Shown: one piece after another, positions 1 through 12,969 of the stretch | Position numbering within the stretch: position 1 is the stretch's first letter | How the letters are laid out: the number at the start of each line of letters is the position of its first letter | Translations under genes and position numbers: made by a program | Notes under the pieces: generated by a model | Told to the model about the DNA's origin: nothing | What the model saw: only the letters and a program-made list of their open reading frames with translations | The model's database searches: none | Assembly: GCF_002113885.1 (NCBI RefSeq) | Contig: NW_018405900.1 | Span: 1,234,142 to 1,298,141, forward strand | From: Mizuhopecten yessoensis | Lineage: Eukaryota | Direction of reading: 5' to 3' | DNA: 64,000 nt

Positions 1-745
1 AAACAGGTACACGGCACACAGCTGTAAATACAAACAGGTACACAGCACACAGCTGTAAATACAAACAGGTACACGGCACACAGCTGTAAATACAAACAGG
101 TACATAGCACACAGCTGTAAATACAAACAGGTACACAGCACACAGCTGTTAATACAAACAGGTACACAGCACACAGCTGTAAATACAAACAGGTACATGG
201 TACACAGCTATAAATACAAACAGGATATGGTACACAGCTATAAATACAAACAGGTACATAGCACACAATTATAAATACAAACAGGTACATAGCACACAGC
301 TATAAATACAAACAGGTACATAGCACACAGCTTTAAATACAAACAAGTACATAGCACACAGTTATAAATACAAACAGGTACACAGCACACAGCTGTAAAT
401 ATAAACAGGTACATGACACACAGCTATAAATACAAACAGGTACATAGCACACAGCTGTAAATACAAACAGGTACACAGCACACAGTTATAAAAACAAACA
501 GGTAAACAGCACACAGCTGTAAATACAAACAGGTACATGGTACACAGCTATAAATACAAACAGGTACATAGCACACAGCTGTAAATACATGTACAAACAG
601 GTACATAGCACACAGCTGTAAATACAAACAGGTACATGGTACACAGCTATAAATACATACAGGTACATAACACACAGCTTTTAATACAAACAGTTACACA
701 TCAAACAGTTATAAATACAAACAGGTACATAGTACACAGCTTCGA
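1..745 (-). repeat. 31-bp minisatellite (minus-strand unit GTATTTACAG|CTGTGTGCYGTGTACCTGTTT) in a CLN3-like intron
   Basis: More than 20 tandem copies, running off the left edge. Confidence 0.95.
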
Positions 746-903
746 ATACAAAAGATACACATATGAACACGAACAAATACCAAACCCATCAAAATGATTT
801 CAAACTTATACTACATACCACTGTATAGGAACATAAAAACAAGTGGATAGTAACAAAGAGGGACATTGAGGCTGTCATAGCAGTGTACTAGAGTTATACC
901 TAC

Positions 904-3900
904 ATTGAAGGACAGCCAGGTCGTTAACTTGAAGCACCTGATGATCCGTCTACACATGGTCTCTTCATACATCCTTAGTCGTTCTGCTGGGGCTGTAATA
1001 TATATATCAAAACACATTTAAATATCACTGATGACATCTTCATACTAGTTAAATTATCTTGAAATAAACCGCCATGTTGATAGAAGTGTGTGTATTAGAT
1101 TTTCACACAGCAAGTCAAAACTTTTTAAGTTGAACAAATGCAGCATATTTATCATTTGAAATATAAAACCTTTTTTTTTCTCCAATTTAAATTGATTTTG
1201 ACGCTGGACATAAGACTGTTCATGTACAGGCATTTACCTATCACTAGCATTTACAGATGAAATAATATAATTTACATACTGTATACTATTAGATGTACTA
1301 ATATTGTAGAAATACCCAGTATACTCAGATTTGTACGGACTACAGTCATTATAGAGGGTGTGAAGGTCAAATGTACATCTGTGTTAACTCGCCTTCAAAA
1401 ACTTGTTCCTCCCCACTGACCGCATCATGCAACAGCGGTTTGTGAACCTCATCTTCCTCCTCCTCTGCCTGGACATTCCCAACTGACCTTGCTGACCCTT
1501 GGTCAGATGTTTCTTCTGGAAGTGGTGGTTTAATGATGAAGAAGTAGCTGATCATATACAGAGCTACGAACGGGGTTGTCAACAGGAATGCATATCTAAG
1601 TGTAAATCAATCTGTTTAGTTACATGTATATCAATCATTATACATAATGTATAGTTTACTTGGAAAGAAGATCAATTAATAAAAGATTGGCTTCTAACAT
1701 TTTATAGATAAATAATTACTTTCCTCAGGTTATATCACTTTCAAACTGTCTACAGATACAATGTACATAAAAATAACAAACATCTAATTTTAAGAAACTT
1801 TACTTTTTTGGTTATGAATTTAACATCCAAAATTGGTACCAGAATGAAGAGAACATTGGGTTGCTTATAGCCTAAGTCACCATTTAGGTTGAAATAGTTT
1901 CAATTTTAAGTAAAAAGATTTTATTAATTGATTTATAACTATGAATTGATAAGTTGATGTAGTAGAGCACTTTCCAGTATCACATATATGTAACTTACTT
2001 TGTCAGACTTTTGAGCTGGGCTGTGTTATGTCCACCCGCTCCTACCACACATCCTGTTATGTATCAAAACACACGTGTCTTTGTCAGTTTAATTATAATA
2101 TCATATAATTATAACAATTATTGGTATTTCTCTTCTTTAAGGAATCCTCAAAATGATGTATATTAAATAGGATTATTGTATTTGTTAACTCTGTAGTTTT
2201 TAGTTCACTACAAATATTCTTGATTAAGAATTAGAGACCTGTAAATACCAGCTCCTAGGACCTCGGCCATACCTGAACTAAGACTTACCAAATATGATGT
2301 AAATACCAGCGCCAAGGACCCCGGCCATGCCTGTACCACTGGACCAGGCGTTCACTAAAGTACTAGGAAACAGGCGCAGATATCCAAGGGCAACACTGCA
2401 AAACATGATCTTTGAATATTGATACTAAAGATCAAAACATCACAGCAGAAATGTTTTTGACATGTGGAGAAAGGACCTTGTTTGTGTGAAATGACCTTGA
2501 CACTGTGAAATGAATTTGATATTATGAAGTGACCTTGAGAAATGATATTGATACTGTAAGATGACCTTGACACTGTCTGATGACACTGACACTGTGATAT
2601 GACCTTGACACTGTCTGATGACACTGACACTATGACATGACCTTGGTATGATAACCTTGACACTGTCTGATGACACGGATACTGTGACATGACCTTGGTA
2701 TGATGACCTTGACACTGTGACATGACCTTGGTATGATGAACAACCTAGAAACTTGGATATTTTAAAGGTAAAATTGAACTTGACACAATAATGTTCAAAA
2801 TACTGTTAGATTATGACCTTGATCTGTCAAATGGCCTTGATATGTTACATGACCTTCAAACCACAACATGGCATACAATTGTATATATTTTTAGATGACC
2901 TTGATAATTTTGAGTTAACCAAACACTGCTAGATGATCTCCATAACCTGCACATTGTGAGGTGACCTTAGTAATGTGACATGACCTTGATGTGGGAAATG
3001 ATCCATGATATACTCCAAGATTGAATATTTATGCTTTTAGTGTATTCAATGGGATAAGGTGTATGGAGAAGAATCCCTTTACAGAAACCTGTACAATACT
3101 GTACACTACAGGTTGTTATGTCAACCTCTCTTACAACATTGAGTTTTGTAGCTCAAGTCCTTTTACAAGTCAATTAATGGAGTAAATCATACAGCTTAGT
3201 AAAATTAAATACAATACTAAATGTCCATGATTATCAGATATGTAATAAGAAACTCACTTTTCTCCAAACGCTGCACTAGCTCCAACAAAAACCTGTAGAA
3301 TAGAGTAAGTAAACCAGTTATTACCACTCATCAACACCCCAACAAACACCTGTAGGATAGAGTAAGTATACCAGTTATTACCACTCATCAACACCCCAAC
3401 AAACACCTGTAGGATAGAGTAAGTATACCAGTTATTACCCCTCATCAACACCCCAACAAACACCTGTAGGATAGAGTAAGTATACCAGTTATTACCCCTC
3501 ATCAACACCCCAACAAACACCTGTAGGATAGAGTAAGTATACCAGTTATTACCCCTCATCAACACCCCAACAAACACCTGTAGGATAGAGTAAGTATACC
3601 AGTTATTACCCCTCATCAACACCCCAACAAACACCTGTAGGATAGAGTAAGTATACCAGTTATTACCCCTCATCAACACCCCAACAAACACCTGTAGGAT
3701 AGAGTAAGTATACCAGTTATTACCCCTCATCAACACCCCAACAAACACCTGTAGGATAGAGTAAGTATACCAGTTATTACCACTCATCAACACCCCAACA
3801 AACACCTGTAGGATAGAGTAAGTATACCAGTTATTACCCCTCATCAACACCCCAACAAACACCTGTAGGATAGAGTAAGTATACCAGTTATTACCCCTCA

Positions 3901-6900
3901 TCAACACCCCAACAAACACCTGTAGGATAGAGTAAGTATACCAGTTATTACCCCTCATCAACACCCCAACAAACACCTGTAGGATAGAGTAAGTATACCA
4001 GTTATTACCACTCATCAACACCCCAACAAACACCTGTAGGATAGAGTAAGTATACCAGTTATTACCACTCATCAACACCCCAACAAACACCTGTAGGATA
4101 GAGTAAGTATACCAGTTATTACCACTCATCAACACCCCAACAAACACCTGTAGGATAGAGTAAGTATACCAGTTATTACCACTCATCAACACCCCAACAA
4201 ACACCTGTAGGATAGAGTAAGTATACCAGTTATTACCACTCATCAACACCCCAACAAACACCTGTAGGATAGAGTAAGTATACCAGTTATTACCACTCAT
4301 CAACACCCCAACAAACACCTGTAGGATAGAGTAAGTATACCAGTTATTACCACTCATCAACACCCCAACAAACACCTGTAGGATAGAGTAAGTATACCAG
4401 TTATTACCACTCATCAACACCCCAACAAACACCTGTAGGATAGAGTAAGTATACCAGTTATTACCACTCATCAACACCCCAACAAACACCTGTAGGATAG
4501 AGTAAGTATACCAGTTATTACCACTCATCAACACCCCAACAAACACCTGTAGGATAGAGTAAGTATACCAGTTATTACCACTCATCAACACCCCAACAAA
4601 CACCTGTAGGATAGAGTAAGTATACCAGTTATTACCACTCATCAACACCCCAACAAACACCTGTAGGATAGAGTAAGTATACCAGTTATTACCACTCATC
4701 AACACCCCAACAAACACCTGTAGGATAGAGTAAGTATACCAGTTATTACCACTCATCAACACCCCAACAAACACCTGTAGGATAGAGTAAGTATACCAGT
4801 TATTACCACTCATCAACACCCCAACAAACACCTGTAGGATAGAGTAAGTATACCAGTTATTACCACTCATCAACACCCCAACAAACACCTGTAGGATAGA
4901 GTAAGTATACCAGTTATTACCACTCATCAACACCCCAACAAACACCTGTAGGATAGAGTAAGTATACCAGTTATTACCCCTCATCAACACCCCAACAAAC
5001 ACCTGTAGGATAGAGTAAGTATACCAGTTATTACCACTCATCAACACCCCAACAAACACCTGTAGGATAGAGTAAGTATACCAGTTATTACCACTCATCA
5101 ACACCCCAACAAACACCTGTAGGATAGAGTAAGTATACCAGTTATTACCACTCATCAACACCCCAACAAACACCTGTAGGATAGAGTAAGTATACCAGTT
5201 ATTACCACTCATCAACACCCCAACAAACACCTGTAGGATAGAGTAAGTATACCAGTTATTACCACTCATCAACACCCCAACAAACACCTGTAGGATAGAG
5301 TAAGTATACCAGTTATTACCACTCATCAACACCCCAACAAACACCTGTAGGATAGAGTAAGTATACCAGTTATTACCACTCATCAACACCCCAACAAACA
5401 CCTGTAGGATAGAGTAAGTATACCAGTTATTACCACTCATCAACACCCCAACAAACACCTGTAGGATAGAGTAAGTATACCAGTTATTACCACTCATCAA
5501 CACCCCAACAAACACCTGTAGGATAGAGTAAGTATACCAGTTATTACCACTCATCAACACCCCAACAAACACCTGTAGGATAGAGTAAGTATACCAGTTA
5601 TTACCACTCATCAACACCCCAACAAACACCTGTAGGATAGAGTAAGTATACCAGTTATTACCACTCATCAACACCCCAACAAACACCTGTAGGATAGAGT
5701 AAGTATACCAGTTATTACCACTCATCAACACCCCAACAAACACCTGTAGGATAGAGTAAGTATACCAGTTATTACCACTCATCAACACCCCAACAAACAC
5801 CTGTAGGATAGAGTAAGTATACCAGTTATTACCACTCATCAACACCCCAACAAACACCTGTAGGATAGAGTAAGTATACCAGTTATTACCCCTCATCAAC
5901 ACCCCAACAAACACCTGTAGGATAGAGTAAGTATACCAGTTATTACCACTCATCAACACCCCAACAAACACCTGTAGGATAGAGTAAGTATACCAGTTAT
6001 TACCACTCATCAACACCCCAACAAACACCTGTAGGATAGAGTAAGTATACCAGTTATTACCCCTCATCAACACCCCAACAAACACCTGTAGGATAGAGTA
6101 AGTATACCAGTTATTACCCCTCATCAACACCCCAACAAACACCTGTAGGATAGAGTAAGTATACCAGTTATTACCCCTCATCAACACCCCAACAAACACC
6201 TGTAGGATAGAGTAAGTATACCAGTTATTACCCCTCATCAACACCCCAACAAACACCTGTAGGATAGAGTAAGTATACCAGTTATTACCCCTCATCAACA
6301 CCCCAACAAACACCTGTAGGATAGAGTAAGTATACCAGTTATTACCCCTCATCAACACCCCAACAAACACCTGTAGGATAGAGTAAGTATACCAGTTATT
6401 ACCCCTCATCAACACCCCAACAAACACCTGTAGGATAGAGTAAGTATACCAGTTATTACCACTCATCAACACCCCAACAAACACCTGTAGGATAGAGTAA
6501 GTATACCAGTTATTACCCCTCATCAACACCCCAACAAACACCTGTAGGATAGAGTAAGTATACCAGTTATTACCACTCATCAACACCCCAACAAACACCT
6601 GTAGGATAGAGTAAGTATACCAGTTATTACCCCTCATCAACACCCCAACAAACACCTGTAGGATAGAGTAAGTATACCAGTTATTACCACTCATCAACAC
6701 CCCAACAAACACCTGTAGGATAGAGTAAGTATACCAGTTATTACCCCTCATCAACACCCCAACAAACACCTGTAGGATAGAGTAAGTATACCAGTTATTA
6801 CCACTCATCAACACCCCAACAAACACCTGTAGGATAGAGTAAGTATACCAGTTATTACCCCTCATCAACACCCCAACAAACACCTGTAGGATAGAGTAAG

Positions 6901-9900
6901 TATACCAGTTATTACCACTCATCAACACCCCAACAAACACCTGTAGGATAGAGTAAGTATACCAGTTATTACCCCTCATCAACACCCCAACAAACACCTG
7001 TAGGATAGAGTAAGTATACCAGTTATTACCACTCATCAACACCCCAACAAACACCTGTAGGATAGAGTAAGTATACCAGTTATTACCCCTCATCAACACC
7101 CCAACAAACACCTGTAGGATAGAGTAAGTATACCAGTTATTACCACTCATCAACACCCCAACAAACACCTGTAGGATAGAGTAAGTATACCAGTTATTAC
7201 CCCTCATCAACACCCCAACAAACACCTGTAGGATAGAGTAAGTATACCAGTTATTACCACTCATCAACACCCCAACAAACACCTGTAGGATAGAGTAAGT
7301 ATACCAGTTATTACCCCTCATCAACACCCCAACAAACACCTGTAGGATAGAGTAAGTATACCAGTTATTACCACTCATCAACACCCCAACAAACACCTGT
7401 AGGATAGAGTAAGTATACCAGTTATTACCACTCATCAACATCCCAACAAACACCTGTAGGATAGAGTAAGTATACCAGTTATTACCACTCATCAACACAC
7501 CAACAAACACCTGTAGGATAGAGTAAGTATACCAGTTATTACCACTCATCAACACCCCAACAAACACATGTAGGATAGAGTATGTATACCAGTTATTACC
7601 TCTCAAGTTTACCCCAATAATTGCATTAACTTAAAATAACCACAATACCAACATCCAAACAATCCTCCAACATTTATCGACATACCCATTCCTGGAGAAG
7701 ATTAAAAAAAAAAATTGCTCTTTGATCTATTTTGGCATTCAAAACGTTTCACCAAATCTAGCTGCTAGTTCAGTTACACATCTTGAAGATAAGTCCAGAT
7801 ATTATATAAGAATTACATTGAACCATTAAAGTATGGTATAGTATTAGGTATCCCACCATTACTCCTTTGGTTATGAGTTTATAATCCCTTCAATCAGCAA
7901 ACTACTTTAGCGATATGATGTATGTTTTAGGTGACATGAGTGATTTTATATTGTGAAAGGGGACATGAATAGATTTGGGATGTATTTTAGAAATATTCAT
8001 AAGGGCTTTCAGTTGACCCTTGATATGTACCAATTTCAGAAGTCAAATAGAATTTTTCTCTGAATTTTGGAGAGTCAAAATATATGTCATATAGACATGA
8101 CCTTTAAAACACCAGAGTCAATGTTCATTTTGAGTGTCAAAAAGATACTCTCAGGGGGCTGATATCAGCCTTAAAATTGTAGAAATGCCCCTGTATGTGT
8201 ATTGACATTCCCTCAGCTCCAATGGGTCAGCCCCTTTTTGAGCATAGATTTTGATTTTCATCATCTAATGATAATTATAGAAAATGCTGATTAAAATTGA
8301 ACAGTAAATTTCAGAGGAGATCTCATCTAAAGGTTTTAAACTATCTTACCCTGTATGCCTCTCCCCCTGAGTGGCAGAATCAGCTCTTTTTTTAATATTA
8401 ATTCTGATCCACATCCTGTATGGATCATGTTATGAGATGTTGGTTAAAATCCACCAGTTACTTTCAGAGGAGATGTCATTTGAAGGTTTTACACTATTGT
8501 GACCCTGTACTGCCTCTTCCCCAAGTTGGAGAAGCAGAATCAGCTCCTTCAGTAACTTTCAGAGGAGATGTCATTTGAACATTTTGCACTTAGTGACCCC
8601 TTTACGCCCTTGTTGTCCAGTCCCTTCTTTGAGTACAGATTATGATCTGATCATCATGTAAGGCTTGTTGTAAGAAATGTTGATGAAAATAAAACATCAC
8701 ATTTCACAGGACATAGTTCCTGAAGGGTTAACATTCTCTGATATTTCATGGTCCCACCCTCAGCTCAGAGGAGGGGGCAATATCGCCTTCTAAAGTAAAA
8801 AAATCTGATCCCAATAGAGGTTGATGATTACCAATAAACCTCATCAAAATCTGACAGAGGTTTTCTGAGGAGAAGACAAATATACAAATGTATGATTGTT
8901 AATTATGGGCATTTGACAGATGACACATGCCAAAGGACAAAAAGTTATTACAAAAGGTCACCTGATGGACTCGGATGACATGAAGATATTGGTAGTAACA
9001 ATACTTACAATACAGATAAGAGCAAACCAAAAGCTGAATGCATAGGCCACACCAAACAGACCTGGAACAAGTACAGTGTTAGTAAACATGTATATATCAA
9101 GCCAAACACAGCTTGAACAAGTTTTATTAAACATATATAGGTTTAGTGTGGATTGTAGATCATCTGATGAAGGTGAATATCACATTACAATGTAGCTAGT
9201 CATCAAAATGTAACAAATAAACACTTTACTGGTTGTGTTATACAAATTTTTCTATAATACAACTGGAACAAGTCTGAAAACAACTTCACCAAAACACACT
9301 CAAAGAAGGTCATGTTTCACCAAAATATAGGCCATGCCACACAGACCTCAAACAAGACAAGGAAGTGGATAAAAAGGAAAGGTCATTGTTAAGGTCATAG
9401 CAATGATGCTATATCAGTATTTCATATATTTAAATACAGCTGTACTTCTCATTGTTTTGGTAGTTTTCAACAGGTTGGCCACAGTAAATGTATCAACAAA
9501 CAGAACGCTTTACCTGATGGCTAATTACAATGTTACAGTTTCATAACATTAAACTGTAATACATTTACTATCAAATTTTTTCATTTTTTTTCTACCCATT
9601 TTCTATAAATGATAAATAAGAAACAACCTCCTTACCTATGAGCATGAGGACAGCATTTACGACATAGCGGATCCAGTATCTTGTCTTCAGCAAGAAAAAT
9701 GTATTGCCAACTGTAAAATATATATTAATAAAGAATGTTAAAGTTTTAACATGAACTAAAATTTTGGAAATCTGGTGACTCCAAAATGTTCAAAATGTTC
9801 ATCATGGAAAAGATACAAAATTTGACCGTAACCTTTGACACATTGACCTTGACCTTTGGTCATTTGACTCCTTGTTTAATTCTGACCAACATTGCTGCAT

Positions 9901-12213
9901 AATGCCATAACAAAATGTTCATCAGTGAAAAGATACAAAATTTAACCTTCACTGTTGACCCAGTGACCTTGACCTTTGGTCAATTGACTCCTTGTTTAAT
10001 TCTGAGCAACATTGCTTCAAAGTGTCATACCAAAATGTTCACCAGTGAAAAGATACAAAATTTAACCTTCACCTTTGACCCAATGACCTTGAAATTTGGT
10101 CAGGTTGACACCTTGTTTAATTCTGATCAACTTTGCTTCATCATGTCATAACAAAATGTTCACCAGTGAAAAGATACAAAATTTAACCTTGACCTTTGAA
10201 TCTAATGACCTTAACCTTTGACCTCAACTTTTTACCTCAGTGTGTCTCTTTGTTTAATTCCGAACAACTTTGCATCATAATGTCATAAAATGCTCATTAG
10301 TGAAAAGCTACAAAATTTGACCTTGACCCCTGACCCGATGACCTTGACCTTTGGTCAGTTGACTCCTAGTTTAATTCTGAGCATCATTGCTTCAAAGTGT
10401 CATACCAAAATGTTCACCAGTGAAAAGATACAAATTTTAACCTTGACCTTTGATCCAATGACCTTGACATTTGGTCAGGTTGACTCCTTGTTTAATTCTG
10501 ATCAACTTTGCTTCATCATGTCATAACAAAATGTTCATCAGTGAAAAGATGCAAAATTTGACCTTGACATTTGAACCTAATGACCTTGACCTATGACCTT
10601 GACTTTTTACCTCAATGTGTATTTTTGTGAACTGAACATCTTGACTAGGTTTCATGTACATCGGTCAATAAATACCAAAGTTATCAGCCAGTAACAAAAT
10701 TTGTGGACGGACAGACAGACAGACAGAGTGATTACTATAGGGCACCCGTATCTCCGATACGGGGCCCTAATGATGCAATTACAACAACACTTTCTTAGAC
10801 TTTAGCTGAATGATATATAGAACCAGGGACGTATATACTGTCCCTGATAGAACCCCTTGATTACAATTATATAGATATTTAAAAAATGAAGTTATCTGTA
10901 ATGACTTAAAGTTAAGGGACAATCTACAAGAAAATGTAAAGAAGAGAGATAAACATCAATACATTAGCAAGCTACAACATAATGTATTGTTACAAATGGA
11001 CAAGCTATTGTAATAATTGTAGGCATAGTCCACTGTTCAAACCATGGTGAAATTACTGGATAATTTCAGTTGAAGGAAATTAAAATTAAAAGCCATGATA
11101 CATAGCTACATGTACCCTGATGTTACTCACATTTGACAACAACAGACAGTGCCACATTGGCTCCTACCACCAGACCAACCTGATTCCTTTCATCAAAACT
11201 GAAACAAATATCAAATCAATGATGCTTCGGAAACAACACTTTAGACATGTTTATTATACATTTGTTTTTTAATTTCATGTCATGTTTGAGAACTATCTAG
11301 GTACTTGTTGCTGACAAGTCTAGAGACAATCACCCTAAAGCTCAATGTGACTAGTAAAATATAATATGTAGTCGTGAGTTCGACTCATACTAGAGGTAAT
11401 TGGAAAAGCAACATCCAGGTCACAATGATTTGCAATTTGCAGTCAATAATACATAATTACATACAAATATCATGAGAAAGGGAGACAATGATTGTATTCC
11501 ATATACTACAAAAGGGAGATAATCTTGACATTATTAGATAAGGCAGGTAATCGTCACATCATTAGATAAGGGAGATAATTACCACATTATGAGATAAGGG
11601 AGATGGTAAATAAGACATTACAATATATGGAGGTTATCATCATATCATGAGTTAAGGGAGGTAATTATCACATTTTGAAATAAGGGAGGTAATTATAGAG
11701 GGAGGTACATGAAAATAATCACAGGATAAGGGAGGTAATTGTGATATTGTGTAATCTTACCTGTCAGCTATGGTTTTGGCTGCCGACACAACTATAACAT
11801 ATGGCAGGTTGTTTATGGCTCCCAAAATAAACAAACCAATCTGTAAACAAGTCAACAAAAACACTTCTACTCTGGATTTGATTTTTATCAACATTTTATT
11901 ATGATTATCAATTTATGATGACATTTTAATTCTTATCAATAAGGTCATTAGTATAATACAGAAGTACATTGTACTCGTTGGTCTTTCAATAATAATGCAG
12001 GTTAAAATGCTGCAATTGAAATCTATGGTAAAACTTGCATTTATATTTGGGATTAAGTAATGTAACTATGCATACAGCAAATTACTTACAACAAGCGTAC
12101 ATGTTTAAATTACAAGTGTGTTATTTCCCAGGTCTAGCAGACATTTTATAAAACTATATTTCTATGTTTATATCAATAGCATGTTTTACCCAATTTCTGG
12201 TATAGTTGTCCAT
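904..12213 (-). CDS. CLN3: CLN3/battenin (Btn1)-like lysosomal membrane protein, 5' part; gene continues beyond the left edge
   Basis: Hand-spliced exons (minus strand): 12213-12190 MDNYTRNW; 11840-11761 IGLFILGAINNLPYVIVVSAAKTIAD; 11198-11131; 9710-9636; 9061-9009; 3292-3258 VFVGASAAFGE; 2395-2289 ALGYLRLFPSTLVNAWSSGTGMAG; 2053-1999; 1595-1393; 992-904. Phases are consistent and total 789 nt (263 codons). The G..NN..YV...SAA, GE and WSSGTG.AG motifs are CLN3/Btn1 family signatures. Confidence 0.9.
2490..2990. repeat. Degenerate TGACCTTGA/TGACAC-based tandem repeats
   Basis: Recurring atgaccttgacactgt motifs, best conserved at 2560-2740. Confidence 0.75.
3293..7606 (-). repeat. 57-bp minisatellite, about 76 near-identical copies, abutting CLN3-like exon 3292-3258
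   Basis: Minus-strand unit GTGTTTGTTGGGGTGTTGATGAG(T/G)GGTAATAACTGGTATACTTACTCTATCCTACAG; source of the 1450-aa repeat ORF. Confidence 0.98.
8170..8985 (+). mobile_element. Degenerate Helentron-associated (HINE-like) non-autonomous element
   Basis: Internal diverged repeats (ttcagaggagatgtc), GACA-like tract and terminal ggtcacctga..ggatgac stem, similar in layout to the element at 54479-55592. Confidence 0.4.
9760..10770 (+). mobile_element. Helentron-associated (HINE/Helitron-N-like) element with internal ~121-bp tandem repeats
   Basis: ~121-bp units rich in TGACCTTGACCTT, then a (GACA)n microsatellite at ~10705-10725 and a 3' hairpin CCGTATC-tcc-GATACGG. Confidence 0.7.
10824..10846. mobile_element. 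23-bp TIR remnant with 7-bp target-site duplication
   Basis: ATAGAAC|CAGGGACGTATATACTGTCCCTG|ATAGAAC. Confidence 0.65.
11470..11745. repeat. Degenerate ~30-bp tandem repeat (gataagggag.taatt)
   Basis: About 8 diverged copies next to the donor of exon 11840-11761. Confidence 0.65.
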
Positions 12214-12969
12214 GTTGTTAGTCAGAAGAACCCAATGATGGATTACTCGCCTTGTATCCTAAACTGCATCACTGATCCCGAACCTGTAAGAGCACAGACA
12301 TGACATGACATCATTTTTGGACATTTTTCCCTAATAACTGGATAAACAACATTTCAGGCTCGGATTAAAAATAAATCTTAACTCACATCAGTTAACAGTT
12401 TGACTCAAGCCTTGTGTGCACAACATTTTTGGTACGAATATTACCTTCCATGTCTACGGCAATCTAATATTAGATTTAAGACTGATTGTTAGTTACAAGT
12501 CGGTCAGCTGTCCAACGTTATCACACTGACACTGTCGCCCACCTGCTAAGTGCGGTGTGCAGTTTGTACTGTTAGTGTTTAGGTACAGCGCGCGATGAAT
12601 CACGCTTCATAAACTGAACGTGTATATTTATTACGATCGATATTGGTTCACAATCAATAACAAGATACCACTTAAAATGAAACAAAGAACAAAATCAAAA
12701 TGCCGACATATAAATGAATTTACCTGTGGACAAATTAAAGCTTCGCAAAGGATGACATCAACCAGTTGTAAACATGACCCTTGAACTTGTGAACCGGATA
12801 TTGGGTATGAAAGAACGATAACTGAAAATCTCAATATTTATTGGGCGCGATAATATGAATTCATGTAAACAAAGTAGCAGAGTTTACACTTTCTGGTCTT
12901 TTTATCTGTTTTATTAAGTAAAGCCTTCATCTTTTATAGTTTCGAATATAAGTTTATGCACGTATTTAA

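Noticed and set aside
3254-7606. 1450-aa ORF as a stand-alone gene
   Set aside because: Read-through of a 57-bp minisatellite; only the last 35 nt are a confirmed-looking CLN3 exon.
9915-10526. Two similar 78-aa ORFs
   Set aside because: Internal tandem repeats of a HINE-like element.
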